Position numbers and translations under genes: made by a program
The notes under the pieces: generated by a model
Databases searched by the model: none
The model's input: only the letters and a program-made list of their open reading frames with translations
Told to the model about the DNA's origin: nothing
DNA from: Rhynchobatus australiae
Taxonomy: Eukaryota
Direction of reading: 5' to 3'
DNA: 63,753 nucleotides
Assembly: GCA_034780895.1 (NCBI GenBank)
Contig: JAUZTB010000017.1
Span: forward strand, 21,623,554 to 21,687,306
Shown: in pieces, positions 26,331 to 39,499 of the stretch
Layout: each line of letters starts with the position of its first letter
How positions within the stretch are numbered: the stretch's first letter is position 1

Positions 26331-27896
26331 GGCTTTGAGCAGAGCAGTTGTCAAGATTTTCCTCTACACCTCATATGCCGACAGGAGCAACAGGAGTGCT
26401 CCTTCAGTTCCATGGAAGTTAGAGCCTGTTCCGCGCGCACCCCCCCCCCCCGATGAAAGGTCATGAACCTGAAAGTTTACCTGTTAAAAAAAACTTACTC
26501 TGCAGAAGCAGCCTCACCTGTTCAGTATTTCCAGCACCTTATTTTTAATCCTCATCCCACCAGCTCCAGGTAAAATTCAGGGCTTCATTGTAAATTACAA
26601 TGAATTTCTACACCTTAAGTTTGAAGTACAATATCATTGCTGCAATTTCTACTTGGGTCTTATCACTGAGTGTTGCTGCATCAATATAAAGTGATAGCAG
26701 GTGGCTTTATTCCTAGATGCTATCTGATGGAAGGTAAGAAGTTCAAGACTACAGTGGGGGTGTTTCCCTTTGATCGACCTTTTGTCAGAGGAGGCATGTT
26801 AAGAGTAAAAAACTGGAAACAAGACAGAATTGCAGTGAACAAGAGGAAGTATTTGGCAAGGTGAATGAATGCTCCAACACACTTTCATTGCACGTGACTA
26901 AGTTGCAGAGCAAGAAACTAATGCTCAATCTGATTCAATTTTGTTGCCAGCTGTGTAAACAGACAGACAAAGGTGCTCAGCATTCTCAAGTGTGGTTCAC
27001 TGAACTGGTCCCCTTTAAGAGGAAACGTCAAATTATAGCACACAGCTGGAAATAATCTTCAATCATAATCAAATCTGCAACCGTGGAATTTTTACAACCA
27101 TTTGTTCCCTTGTTCCAGTTATTTTCAAATCAGTAGCTATCAGATCTGATGAAAAACATCAGACAGAAAGGCAAATTTCTAGAAGCCCAGTTCTGCTTAT
27201 TTGTCCTCTTTTAACTTGTCTTCAAAGCCACTTTTGTAAAACAACAAAGCATGATTACCCTCAAATGATGAAACTTACTTTCATAAATCATGGGCAAAGG
27301 GGACACTTAAGCTGCTTTAAAATACATTTGATACAAAGCAAAGAACAAAAAAGACAAGGCGTGGGAACATTGCCTTTCCTTCAGATTTTGCTGCACACCA
27401 GCGCTGTTTTCATCACAGTAATCACTGCGAAGGACCTNNNNNNNNNNNNNNNNNNNNNGTGGGCGTTAATATGCTAATGCGATCAAAAGAACATGATCAG
27501 CAAATTGATTTGGAATTGCAATTGCTCCCCCACCCACACATCCTTCTCCCTTGCCCTTCCCTCCACCCCCACTCCCCCTTCCACTTCTCTCCTCAAAGCA
27601 TTGATTCACACTGGGGTACAGGTTGATGAGTTGCAGTTCCCTGCAAGTCCTGAAACCTTCATTGGCTCTATGTCATCGAACCTCTGAGTGCCAACTGGTT
27701 ACTTGGCCAGAGTAAGGAGGACAGCCAAGTCTGATCCTTTCCCAATTTAATGTCCATACAGTATATTTGCCAGCAGGGGCCACTGCATAACAATGTGAGC
27801 AGGCAGCAGAGCTGACTTGACCTGCACTTCCCCTGGAGCGGTTGCAACCAACTGTTCTATTCTCACTGCCACGCAAGCCAGAACGGACAAACTTAC

Positions 27897-27926
27897 CCTT
27901 AGAACAGGGAATGAAGCTGGGACCAT
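27897..27926 (-). other. Candidate 30-nt microexon ((D)GPSFIPCSK(G)) or 3' end of an alternative exon
   Basis: ccactcccag|ATGGTCCCAGCTTCATTCCCTGTTCTAAGG|gtaagt; near-consensus donor, open in the phase-1 frame. Confidence 0.3.
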
Positions 27927-29689
27927 CTGGGAGTGGACAACCCCACTGAGCACAGCTTTTGATTCTAGTCAAGAACTTAACAGAAGTGGATTTAAAATGA
28001 CTACCTTTTTCAACTCACAAAGTCACTGCATAGTTCAGTGAAAGGATGAGAGATTTTTGCTGTTGAGAATCTTGACTTACAATGGAATCAATACCACTAA
28101 ATGAACTCTGGGAGACCAGTCCACCACCATTAACTGAAAAAAATAAAGCTAACCATGATATAGCAAAGATAAAAATATGCTCACTAAATGAAATGCATTA
28201 GGAAACCAGATAATAACAAGTTCCTAATGGGGGCATTTAATTGTATCCAACTATTGCATGAGTGATCACGACTTGTCACTGATGGTTGTCCAGAAGTAGA
28301 ATTCATATATATCTGTATGTGTGTCTTTGGGCCATTGTTTGCTCCAACTTCTACTCATCTCACATGAAGTCACAATAAAGTCTGATGCAGACATTCAGAA
28401 CATGTGCGTACATATCAGGCTGAGGTTGTTTTACTCTCTTCTGTCACAATTATTAAAAGAATGTATAAACTACAAAATAATCTCAGATTGGAAAATTAAC
28501 TCAGAAGAGGTCACTTAAGGGAAGACAGCCAGGAAATAAATCTGTCCAGATTACAGCACACAGTCTTTTTCATTCATTCTTATAGCTCTAATTGGCAAAT
28601 GTGGGTGTAACAGATGANNNNNNNNNNNNNNNNNNNNNNNNNNNNNNNNNNNNNNNNNNNNNNNNNNNNNNNNNNNNNNNNNNNNNNNNNNNNNNNNNNN
28701 NNNNNNNNNNNNNNNNNNNNNNNNNNNNNNNNNNNNNNNNNNNNNNNNNNNNNNNNNNNNNNNNNNNNNNNNNNNNNNNNNNNNNNNNNNNNNNNNNNNN
28801 NNNNNNNNNNNNNNNNNNNNNNNNNNNNNNNNNNNNNNNNNNNNNNNNNNNNAAAGGATGGTGGTGGAGAGGAATGGAGAGCTAATTCTCACACTTTAAT
28901 CTGCATTGTCCAGTGTAAGTTATTGAATTAATAGGAGGAAATAATTCTCTTAGCTTCAACATGGACGAGAAATAAGTAAGATCGGCCACCCACTATCCAT
29001 GCCAACCCATTTATCATTCCACTGAGAACATCACCTGCTTATTCCTCTGCAGAGACATTCCCACCATCACTTTTTCCCAATAAATAGTATAAATATTAGA
29101 ATGTAAAAACCACATTTCATTTTTAAAATGACGTTTTAATTGCAGGTAAGTTTTAATCGAGCATGTCCAGTCAAAGTCAGCTATTACCCTAATCCAGTGG
29201 CTGTGGATTTCATTTGAGGCATGCAAGTCAGCAATCATCTTCCTGCACAGGCTGAGGTGGCTGTGTTATGTTGACTAAACACTTACATCTTTTCATTTAT
29301 TTTGCATCACTGAAAGAACTTGGATTTATATAGTACGTCCTATAGCCTTGGAGAATGTCAAAGCCAATCAGTGTATTATACACCGTTCTGTAGATAGCAC
29401 ACCAGACAATTTTCACAATGCAGGCTAATAAATAATTGGTTTTCAGTTTTGGTTGTGCTACTCAAGGGAGAAATGTTAACTTACACAGAAGTAGTCCCTG
29501 CTTTTCTTCAACCTAGTCCTTTCTGCCTGATCAAAATATAGCCAATCAAGACCTCCTGCAAGAGTAAATATCCCTACAAATGCAGAACACTCCAGTCAAC
29601 CTGGTTAACGTGCTCAAACCTGTGGAGTGAGACATGAACCCTCAATTTTACATGAGACTAAGGTAAGAAACAAAAGCAGCAATAGGATT

Positions 29690-31290
29690 CAGCACCAATT
29701 CAGTCTTACCAAGGCTCTAGATAATTGCAGTAAGATGGCTGTAGTCTTTTACTCAACTCCTTTTGCAATAAAGAATCATTTAGTTTTTAATTGCTTGCAG
29801 CATCTGTATGCAACTTTCAGTGATTCATGTACAGGACATCTTTTTCCTTTGAACATAAACACTTTTCAATCTCTTATTGTTTTAAGATATCCTACCTTTC
29901 TAATGTTTTCTGTCAAAGTCAGCGTCCTCATATTTCCACATTATATTCCATTCACCACATCTTTGTCCATTCTATTAGCCTGCAAACCCCACTAAAGCTC
30001 CTCTGTATCTCCTTACAACCCAAATGTGGCATTCAGCTTCGTATCATCAGCAAACTTGCATATTCTACAATTGTTCCCCTCCCCTAAATGTAGATTGTAA
30101 AAAGCTGGAACCCAGACACCAATTGCTGCAGCACCCCACAAGTCACCATTTCCCAATCCAAAAATGACCTATTTATTCCTGCTGTCTGCTTTCTGGACAT
30201 TAACCAGTCCTCATTCCATGCCAGTATATTAAACCAAATCCATATGCTCTAATTTTCTTTACTAATCTTTTCTGAAGGACCTTATCAAAGGCCTCCTAAA
30301 AGTTCAAACTCCTGCATCCACTGGCTCTCCCGTATCTATTCTGCTCCTTTCAACTCCAAAAAAAAACTAACAGACATGTCAGACTGGATTTCCTTGTTGA
30401 CTTCACTCTGTCACCCCTTCATTAGTAATAGATTCTCGTATTTTTCCTACTATCGCTGTTAGGCTAACTGGTCTGTGATTCCTGTTTCCTGAAATGGTGG
30501 GGTTACATTTAATCCTTTTCATACTACAGAACCACCGCCGCATTTTTTAAACCATGGGATGCAGGTCATCAAGTCTCCAGTCTCATTAATTTGTCCTATA
30601 CTTTTTTTCCCCTAATACAAATTTCTTTCAGCAACTATTCACTCCAGACTTCTTTTATTTTTTGCAGGCTTTTTTAGGTCTTCTTTCATTAAGACAGACA
30701 CAAAATATTTGTTTAACTTCTCAACCATTTCCTGTCTCAGTCTGTAAGGGATCAACACTAACTTTTGCTAATCTTTTCTTTTACATTTCTGTAGAAGTTT
30801 TTATGGTCTGTTGTCATGTTTCTCAGTAGGTTACTCTTGTATTCTACTTTCCCTTTCTCATCAATTTATTGATCCTCCTTCACCGAATTCTGAAATTTTT
30901 CCAAATCCTCAGGCTTACTGCACCTGATGGCAATTTCATTAGCCTTTTTCCTTCAACCCAATATGATCACTAACTTCTCTTATTAGCCATGACTGGACCA
31001 CTTTTGTGTTGGGTCTTAAAAGGATATCTATTTGCTGCAATCTATGTAATAATTCTTTAAATGTTAGCCATTGCTTGCTGACTGTTATATCTAAGACAGT
31101 TTCCCAATCTACCGTAGTCAATTCATACCCCATGCCTTCATAATTTGCTTTAGCTAAATTTAAGACCTTAATATCAGGTTGAAGTAAATTGCATTTGATC
31201 TCTGTATAAAATTCTATCTTATTATGATCAATCTTCTCTAAAGCCCTCTAAACTACCAGTTTATGAATTAACCCTTTCTCACTGCAATAC
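29690..31290 (-). mobile_element. Degenerate CR1 LINE fragment
   Basis: tcatcagcaaactt = KFADD on minus strand; ggaccttatcaaaggcct = AFDKV; ORF 30939-31133 VDWE..QWLTFKE..LQQ. Boundaries approximate. Confidence 0.8.
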
Positions 31291-31507
31291 AAGCTTATGA
31301 TTCTGCAGCAAGTACACCATCTACTGAGCCAACCTGACACTGCTATTACAGTTGAAGCAAATGCAGCAAAGTCTAGGTTAAAATTTGCTCTTCAAGCTGC
31401 ATCTTACCAAAACTGACAGCCTAACCTGTCACATCTAATGACCCAGGTGCTCTTCAGTTACTACTTCTACTATTGTTAAAGACCATATAACTGTACAACC
31501 TGCTTAC

Positions 31508-31556
31508 CTTCACAAATTCGATCCAATCGTTGCCGCTTCACTTTGTGCTTGTCCAT
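31508..31556 (-). CDS. CTBP2: CtBP2 N-terminal coding exon portion, MDKHKVKRQRLDRICE(G), containing the KVKRQR nuclear-localisation motif
   Basis: Reverse complement reads ATG GAC AAG CAC AAA GTG AAG CGG CAA CGA TTG GAT CGA ATT TGT GAA G|gtaagc, matching the vertebrate CtBP2 N-terminus (MALVDKHKVKRQRLDRICEG). Phase-1 donor. Too short to appear in the ORF track. Confidence 0.95.
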
Positions 31557-31677
31557 CAGAGAAGTCAGCGGTGCCACTTAAAGAATTCCTTTCACTAATA
31601 ACAAGCAAACAGCGTTCGAGTTGTTCACTATTCAGATGAATCCACAGGAGTGCAAGTGCATAACTCTACGCCAAATC
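31557..31677 (-). other. CTBP2: 5' UTR part of the CtBP2 start exon (whole exon 31508-31677, 170 nt)
   Basis: Acceptor gtctcttcaaatttcag|GATTTGG (AG at 31679-31678); in-frame TAA upstream of the ATG. Confidence 0.75.
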
Positions 31678-31914
31678 CTGAAATTTGAAGAGACGAAAGT
31701 AGTCAATGAAACTGGAGCCACATGGATATTCAAAATAAACCCCATACTAAGTTAGTAAAATAAAACAGTAAAACCTCTTTACTAATGCACTGCATCAAGG
31801 CTTTGTTGGGATATCTCAACACCCCACAAAAATAGTCAATTATATTCACAAATACGGAGCAAAGAGAAACTTGAATCATATTTATTTTAATTATTCATTT
31901 TTCAGGATTCTGAC

Positions 31915-32140
31915 CGTAGGCAAGACCAGCATTTATTGCCCATCCCTAATTGCCCTTGGGAAAGTAATGGTGAGGCTTCTTGACCTTCTGTATCCCCTCT
32001 GATGAATGTGCTCCCACAGTGCTGTTGGGGACAGAGTTCCACAGTTTAGTCCTAGTGACAATGGAGGAATAGAGGTACATTTCCAGGTCAGGATGTTGCG
32101 TGTCTTGGGGGGAAATCTGCAGGTGGTGTCTATGTGCCTT
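31915..32140 (-). mobile_element. Short 3'-terminal fragment of the same LINE family
   Basis: ccagcatttattgcccatccctaattgcccttg...catttccaggtcaggatg is the reverse complement of the 41860-42010 tail. Confidence 0.75.
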
Positions 32141-32552
32141 TGTTTTCTATTACTAAACATTGTACCAAATCTGAAACATCTTGTTTTCTGACTGGCATGG
32201 AGATTTTTCTTTTGCTCAAACACTGAAGCATGCAGTGGGAAAATTATGATGTGTGACATTTTCACTCTTTAAAGATTAATTAACCTTTTAAGCCTGCAAA
32301 AAAGAGCACTGTGTCTCATATAAGCGAAGTAAAAAAAATACAAGTTATTACACAGAAAAATTATGAAGTCTTCCTATTTTCTGACCTTTGCTGCTACCTT
32401 GATAGTCAGAAGCCTATTAAACTCTCAAGGCCTAATTCATGATCAACTGAATCCCTAAATCTTGTCTCCCATTTGTACTCTATCCCAGTCCAAAGTCAGG
32501 GTTTAAAATCTACACTAACCTTGAAGCCAGGTTAGGGGTACAAATGTAACTA

Positions 32553-32827
32553 AAGACAAGATATCTATTTGTCACATGTACTTCAAAACACACAGTGAAA
32601 TGTATCTTTTGCGTAGTGTTCTGGGGGCAGCACACAAGTGTCACCACACTTCCGGCACCAACATTGGAAGTTGTCTACAACTTCCTAACCTGTACACCTT
32701 TAGAATGTGGGAGGAAACACACGCAGACATGGGGAGAATGTACAAACTCCTTACAGACAGCGGCCGGATTTGAACCCGGGGCTGTTGGCGCTGTAATAGC
32801 ATTATACTGACTGCCACACTACCGTGC
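32553..32827 (-). mobile_element. tRNA-derived SINE, family A copy 2
   Basis: gtcacatgtac..aaacacacagtgaaatg...ttgaacccggg...cactaccgtgc shared with the other copies. Confidence 0.85.
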
Positions 32828-34976
32828 AACTCATACACGTTTCCCTTTGGTGTATTTAATAACCCTTCAAGTAATAAACTAACACATTATGGGAACAGAA
32901 TGAAGTTGTGTGACACACCAACTTGTGTGTATCATGTATCCTGCTATTGTTATTGCAATTGTAGGAGATAATGTCAGAACAATCACCGTAGAGCAAGTCA
33001 TCTCACGGTTAGATATTCAAGGAATAATAACCAGAGAGACTTGAAACTTGTGCATTGATTAAACAAAATTCAGCCAAGGAGACACAGGCTATTGCTGTTT
33101 TGATCATGTGATGAAGAAGGTTACATTAAAACCTAGATTAGTGCTGGAATTTGAATGTCTTTCTAGAACATGTTTTACATCCTCTACAGTCTCAGAAGTG
33201 TTTACAATTGTATCAATGCTAGATTCTCCAAATGTCAGGCACTGTGTTGCAACAAACTTTCCTAATTCAAAATTTTCAGAGTCCACATTATTGCTGTCGT
33301 TTGAAAACATTGTCAGTTAAAGAAATAGTTTAAAAACGAAAAGCAAGTATTTTGAGTCTATAACAAAAACTCTAGTCAGCAATAATTACCATTCCCCAGC
33401 CCAATGGAGCTATTGAACAGATAAGCCGACGCACAACTGCTTTCAATTTTCATTGATTTAGTAGGACACGAAGAAACAATTTCTAATGAAATGCCGTTGT
33501 CATTATGAGTGAGCAAGTTTCTGCACAGTCTGGAGGCAACACATTTTCTGACTGTATTTGGTGCTTGGTGTTGTATTTTTAACATGGTTTTCACAGATCA
33601 TTCTACACTTTACCAACATTAAAACCACTACAATTTCACCATTGTGAGTACCTACAGCAATACTACTTCACTATTAGATCAATGACTTACATTTGCAAGT
33701 TCCTGCATTTACAATCTCGATAAAATCTAGTGCAAATTGCAAACACTTACAACTTCAGTAGATTCTATATTTAGGAAAATTAGTTTTAATAAGCTGATGG
33801 ATGAGAAAAAAACATTTTAATAATTTCACTAATATGCTTTAAAAAAAATCAACAAAGCATTACCCAACTTTCTCTACATCCATCTCAACAAACCTGTGTC
33901 CAACTTTGAACATCTTTATTGGATCTCTTCACAACTGTATATTTAAGTAAAACAAAGATGATCATCTGCAGATTCAGTGTATACAGAGATGTCATAGGTA
34001 TTGGAAAAATCCAGCATCTCAGTTCATGGTCAAGCTTTATGATATACATTCAGAGTCATACAACACAGAAGCAGGTCCTTCAACTGACTGAGTCCATGCT
34101 GACCATCAAACACCCATTTACACTAATCCCATTTTCTTCTCCCTATGTTTATTCCTATTTATCCTGGTAGACTTTTTTTGCTTAAGCCAGTTTAGTGTTA
34201 GAAGTGAATGGATTATTATATGATATAGGCATTCCTCAAAATACAAATATTTGAGTTATGAATTTGTATTATAATGCACTGGGGTACATGTCTTTGAACA
34301 AAAAGTTCTTAATGCATTTTGCCTGGCCTTTTCAATTAACAAAATTAAGGAAGAAAGGCTATGTTATCTGGATTGCAATGCTCTATGTAGCTGAACTATT
34401 TTATTAGTAACACAGCCAAAGGAAACACCTCTTACGACCAAAATACTTGGAGGACAGTTAATGCACAACTGTACAACACTGAACCGTACCATTATTCAAG
34501 AAAATGTAAAAGATAATGTAATCTTGCACTAGAACTTGGACTTAAAAATAACAGTATTCATTAATAGGTTCCATAAGCCAGCCTGCCTGGTAATTCAGAA
34601 TGCAGATGCATGTCAGAAAAATAGGGAGTAATTCTTAATATCTTAAAATATACTTTATCTATTGGAACAATTATTGAGTCATGGTGCACGTTTATTTAAA
34701 AGGCAGAGAATCTGTTGCAGTGAAAAACTCTTATAGAACAATATAAAGGATTTCACTGCTTGAATGAAGAATTTTAATTACATATTTTAATGAAGCTTGC
34801 AATGAAATAAAAGCAACCATTTGCAATGATAAAAAAGCAAACCAGGAACTGCACACATCTCAGCTCAATCTGGACTTTCAGTTGTTATTGTTTTGACCCA
34901 TTTTAATATTATCAGCTTCAAGTTTGGGATAGATTAGATAAATCCGAACTCAGAATTTGGAGAATATCACAGCTTG

Positions 34977-35416
34977 ATATAAGACACGATATGATATCTT
35001 TATTAGTCACATGTACATCGAAACACACAGTGAAATGCATCTTTTGCATAGAATGTTCTGGGGGCAGCCNNNNNNNNNNNNNNNNNNNNNNNNNNNNNNN
35101 NNNNNNNNNNNNNNNNNNNNNNNNNNNNNNNNNNNNNNNNNNNNNNNNNNNNNNNNNNNNNNNNNNNNNTCGAAACACACAGTGAAATGCATCTTTTGCA
35201 TAGAATGTTCTGGGGGCAGCCCACGTGTCGCCATGCTTCCAGCACCAACATAGTATGCCCACAACTTCCTAACTCTTACGTCTTTGGAATGTGGAAGGAA
35301 ACCAGAGCACCTGGAGGAAACCCACACAGACACGAGGAGAACAGACAGTGGCTGGAATTGAACCCGGATCGCTGGTGCTGTAATAGCATTATGCTAACCA
35401 CTACACTACCATGCCT
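34977..35416 (-). mobile_element. tRNA-derived SINE, family A copy 3 (contains a gap with duplicated flanks)
   Basis: Same sequence family; gap at 35070-35169. Confidence 0.85.
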
Positions 35417-35734
35417 GCGTATATGCAAAATAAAAGGGATTTAAACATAACATGATCTACAAGGATCCATAATGTCTGACAAAATTTGGGATACTTCTGC
35501 CTAAGCATTCACTTATTTGAAAGGAAGGCTGTGGGTACGGATTTCTGGCATATATCGAGGACCTGCTTGTTATTTTGCAGAAAGTGTCCCTCTGAATTGT
35601 TGACCACAAAGTTTCTATTTACGTGCTAGGTGGTGGTCCCTTATTTCAGTTCTGAAGGCACGTATGCGGTGCAATACTTTTGCAGATATTTACTTACAAG
35701 CCTGTTTTCCCAAGAGGCTGTTCACGACTTTTGG

Positions 35735-36090
35735 GTGGCAAGTGGTGCTGCTAGTAGAGCTGCCACTCCTCAATTTCAGCAATTTAAGTTCAATCCTGAC
35801 CTCCAGTGCTGTCAATGTGGAGATTGCACATTTTCCCCATGACCACGTGGGTTCCCTCCAGGTGCTCCAGTTTTCTTTCACATCCCACAGATTGGGAAGG
35901 TTAACTGGCCACTGTAAGTTGCAACTAGTGTATATGAGTGGTAAGATCTGGACACAGTTGATTGGACCGTGGGGGAAAAAAAAACATAAATTTATATAGG
36001 ATTGGTATAGTTTTAGCATAAATGGTTGTTTGTTGGTCAGTATGGAGTCAGTTAGCCAAAGGGTGTGTTTCCAAACCATACAACTTCATG
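35735..36090 (+). mobile_element. HE1-like V-SINE
   Basis: tRNA-like head gttcaatcctgacctc, V-domain gtgggttccctccaggtgctccagtttt, CR1-like tail. Confidence 0.75.
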
Positions 36091-36149
36091 ACTTCAGAGG
36101 TTGCTATCCTTTCCTGCACTTCTGTGCATGTGCCAGGAATAAGAGGTCA

Positions 36150-37335
36150 ACGTCCAATACAGGAGAGCCAGCATGGATTTGTTAAAGGCAAAGTGTGTTT
36201 GACCAACCTGAATGAATTTTTCTCATAAAGTAACATAGAAGATTGATGAAGGGATTGTAGCAGGTGTATCCTGAATGACTTTCTGGAACGCATTACACAA
36301 AACCCACATAAAGGCTGTTTAGCAAAAACACTGGCCCATGGCATAACAGAATCCAGTGGTAGCAGATCTAAACCTGACTTAAAGTTTGAAAACAAACAGT
36401 CATCACGAACAGACAATTTCAGACTGGAGAACAGTGTTTCTCAGGGATGAATACTTGGAATGCTATATCTGTTAATGCCTTGGATGTGAATATGCAAAGT
36501 AGAATTTCATAAGTTACAGATGACTTAAAACTCAAAGATATGAAAAAGAGTGAAGGGAAAGGTAATAGACATCAGGGTGACCTGGATAAGTTTGCAGGAT
36601 GAGTGGACAACCAGCGAATGACATTTAATATCAACCAAGGTGAAGTGATATGGTACAAAAGAAAAATGAGGAGAGGCAACAGAATAGCAGAGATCTGATT
36701 GTTATGCAGCTACAAAGGGATCTTTATATATTTATGTATAAACCTTTGCAAGTAGCAGGACATGTTGAGAAAATGATTGGTAAAGTATATGGGATCCTGG
36801 GCTTCATAAATAGAGGCCATTAGGAATAAAAGTACAAAGGTTATGTTGAACATTTATAAAGCAATAGCTGGGCCACAGTTTGCCCAATTCTGGTCACTAC
36901 TCTTGAGGAACATTAAGGCCCCAGAGAGGGTACAGAAGAGATTTACTTGAATGATTTCAGGGATGAAAGATTTCAACTACCAGCTTAGATTAGAGAATCT
37001 GGGGATGTCCTTCTTGGAGCAAAGAAAATTAAGAGGAGATTTAATAAAGGTGTGCAAAATCACTGTTGGCCATGATAGTGTGGAGAGAAGCCTTTCCCAT
37101 TAGTGGATGGTTCAAGAACCAGAGGACATAGCCTCAAAGTACTGGGCAAAGTACAGGAAGATTTTCTGGAAAAATCAGAGTGGTTCTGATCCAGAACTCG
37201 CTTCTTGCAAGGGTGATGGATACAGAATTTATCAGTTTTCTAGAGGAAGTTGGACAGTTACTTGTACTTGAAACATAATTTCCAGAGTTAGCTAATCACA
37301 GAGCCAGCAAGGACTCAATGGGCCAAATGGTATCT
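36150..37335 (+). mobile_element. Degenerate CR1 LINE 3' half
   Basis: IQESQHGFVKGKVCLTNLNEFF, QFWS, ERVQKRF motifs, and tail ggactcaatgggccaaatgg. Confidence 0.85.
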
Positions 37336-39499
37336 TCCTCTTAAATAATAATGCAATGAAAGGTGAGTTATTTCTGAATCAATGGTTTAAAACCCCACCA
37401 TTTCATGCAATAACGTAACCACCATTCTACTATTGTTTCTTGTGACAAAGCAAACACTTGTTCACACTCATGGAGTATTTATTCTCTGTTTCACAAATTG
37501 AAATTAGTAAACAGCTCAGCAGAGACCCTGCCAGACTAGACAACGTTCAGTGACAATCAGCCATTCTTCAGAAAACAGTTTTTAGCTTTGAACTTTTGAG
37601 TTCTGAATACTGTGAATTATGGCCCATGACCAAATTATTCCCAATGATCAACTTTGGCAAGGAGTCACCCAGTGAAATCAGACATTGGAGGTAATCCCAA
37701 AGTTAATCTGCAAGAGTAGTAAAATTATATTATTGCTGACTGGGTAATCTAAAAAGATACAAGCCAACTGGAATTCTGCCTGTTGCAGAACATAGAAGAG
37801 CAGTTACAACCTTTAGCCAACTGGGAAAGGGGAAAAAAATAGACACTGATGTTATTTTGCAGGATGCCATTATAAAGATTTTACTTGGCAGAGCATCAAA
37901 TTAATATTCTGATTTCTGAGAGTTCTTACAGAACATGAAGTAGTTGGATTTGTTTAAGATCTCATTCCAGGTTCACAAGTGATAAGGCAATTGGACCTCC
38001 AATATTGGCATGTGCCCACTCACTGTACAGGGCATACTTCCTCCTTATTCTTGAGACTAATTGAAAGATTTCCTTCATTCAGTGCTCAACATAATGATAA
38101 GACATAAAACCGGGAAAGACAAAAGCATTCAGAACTGCAGAACTAGAACATTTGCATGTACTTTCAGATAAAGAATTAATTAGTACTTGAGGAGATAAGA
38201 GTCGTTTGAGTTAAAATGTTTTATTTTAGGCACACAATAATCATCTTAAGACTTGGTAATTGCATAATAATTCTCATTTCCCCTCTGCACAGTGGGTGTT
38301 TTCTCAGCAAATCATGTTTGAGGCTCTCAATGACACTTTGCATACTTTTATGAATAAACATCTCATAAACCCTCTGTGTTAAGCAAACTCTATCTGAAGG
38401 AGAACCGAGACATGACTCCAGGGCAGTCAGACTCTGTGAAAACTGCTTACTGTGCACCTCTGTTCTTGTCTATCTGCTGCCCTTTCTACCACTGTTTAAA
38501 TTCCTCTTTGGTGCAGTGTAAAAGTAACTACTAATTAACTGCTGCTGTAAAATGCCAGTGCTCAACTCTCCTGCCTTCCCACCCCATCCCCACCCTCCCA
38601 GTCTCTCCCCACCTTTAAACCTCATATGCTTGCCTGTTGCTTTCCTCAATGAGAACTGCCCTTGTAAATTTAGCTTTCAAGCACTTGGGCTTCTCTGGAT
38701 ATCACGTTCCTAAAAAAAGTACTGTACCTATGACCAGTTTCAGCTGCTGAGCCTGTGACTGCCTTACAATTTACCTGTTGCACTTCAGACTGGTCCATGG
38801 CAGGAATGTCACTTGCCTGGGTCTGAGTCTTAGGCTGACCTCCAACTGCCCGCTTCTACTAAATTCGGTTCTGCAGAGCTCCTTGAACTTCAAGTCCAAA
38901 GAAATCCTCAGTATGTGACCCTACAAATAGTTCAATTTGCCCACCAAACCCATTTCCAAACACGGCAGACAGCTCATCAATATTCCACACCAACTCCACC
39001 TACCAACATCATCTGTACCCCACCCACCACGATAGACCACTGACCTTAACTCTGGGCTCCCTCCTCTCTATTCCCAGTTCACAATCAGAAAACTAGTGAC
39101 TTGCATTTTTTTTTAAAAAAGCAGAAACCAGTCCTGTATAATCTTTGTTTTCCATGTCCATTTATGTACAGTTTGGCTACCAGTCTAGCCCTGAGCTCAT
39201 CATTTCCAAGATCAATTTTTTTTCTCAAAAAAGCTCAGCTATACTCTTGGCTGTTGTTATGTGCTTTCATTTCTTCCTTCTTGAAGCCTCTGCTCTCCTA
39301 TTTTCCTATCCTTCTTTGCTCTTCAAAGCTTTCCAGGCCGCTGCTACTTCCTCGGGCTTGACTCTCACTTGCACTTTCTCCCTACGCCTTTCTTGATGTC
39401 ATTCAAAAGACCCATTGAAGCCTCCCCATAAGCAGCTATCCCACCTGCATCACCCTATTCCCTGGCTGGCTCCTCAGCCAGCAGGCACCAGCATGACCA

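Noticed and set aside
29281-29296. ATG AAA AGA T|gtaagt, another phase-1 ATG-donor unit on the minus strand
   Set aside because: Poor Kozak context, only three codons, adjacent to a decayed repeat tail. Shows that such patterns arise by chance and tempers the other exon candidates.
32760-32827. tRNA gene
   Set aside because: Only the tRNA-derived head of a SINE; no complete cloverleaf.
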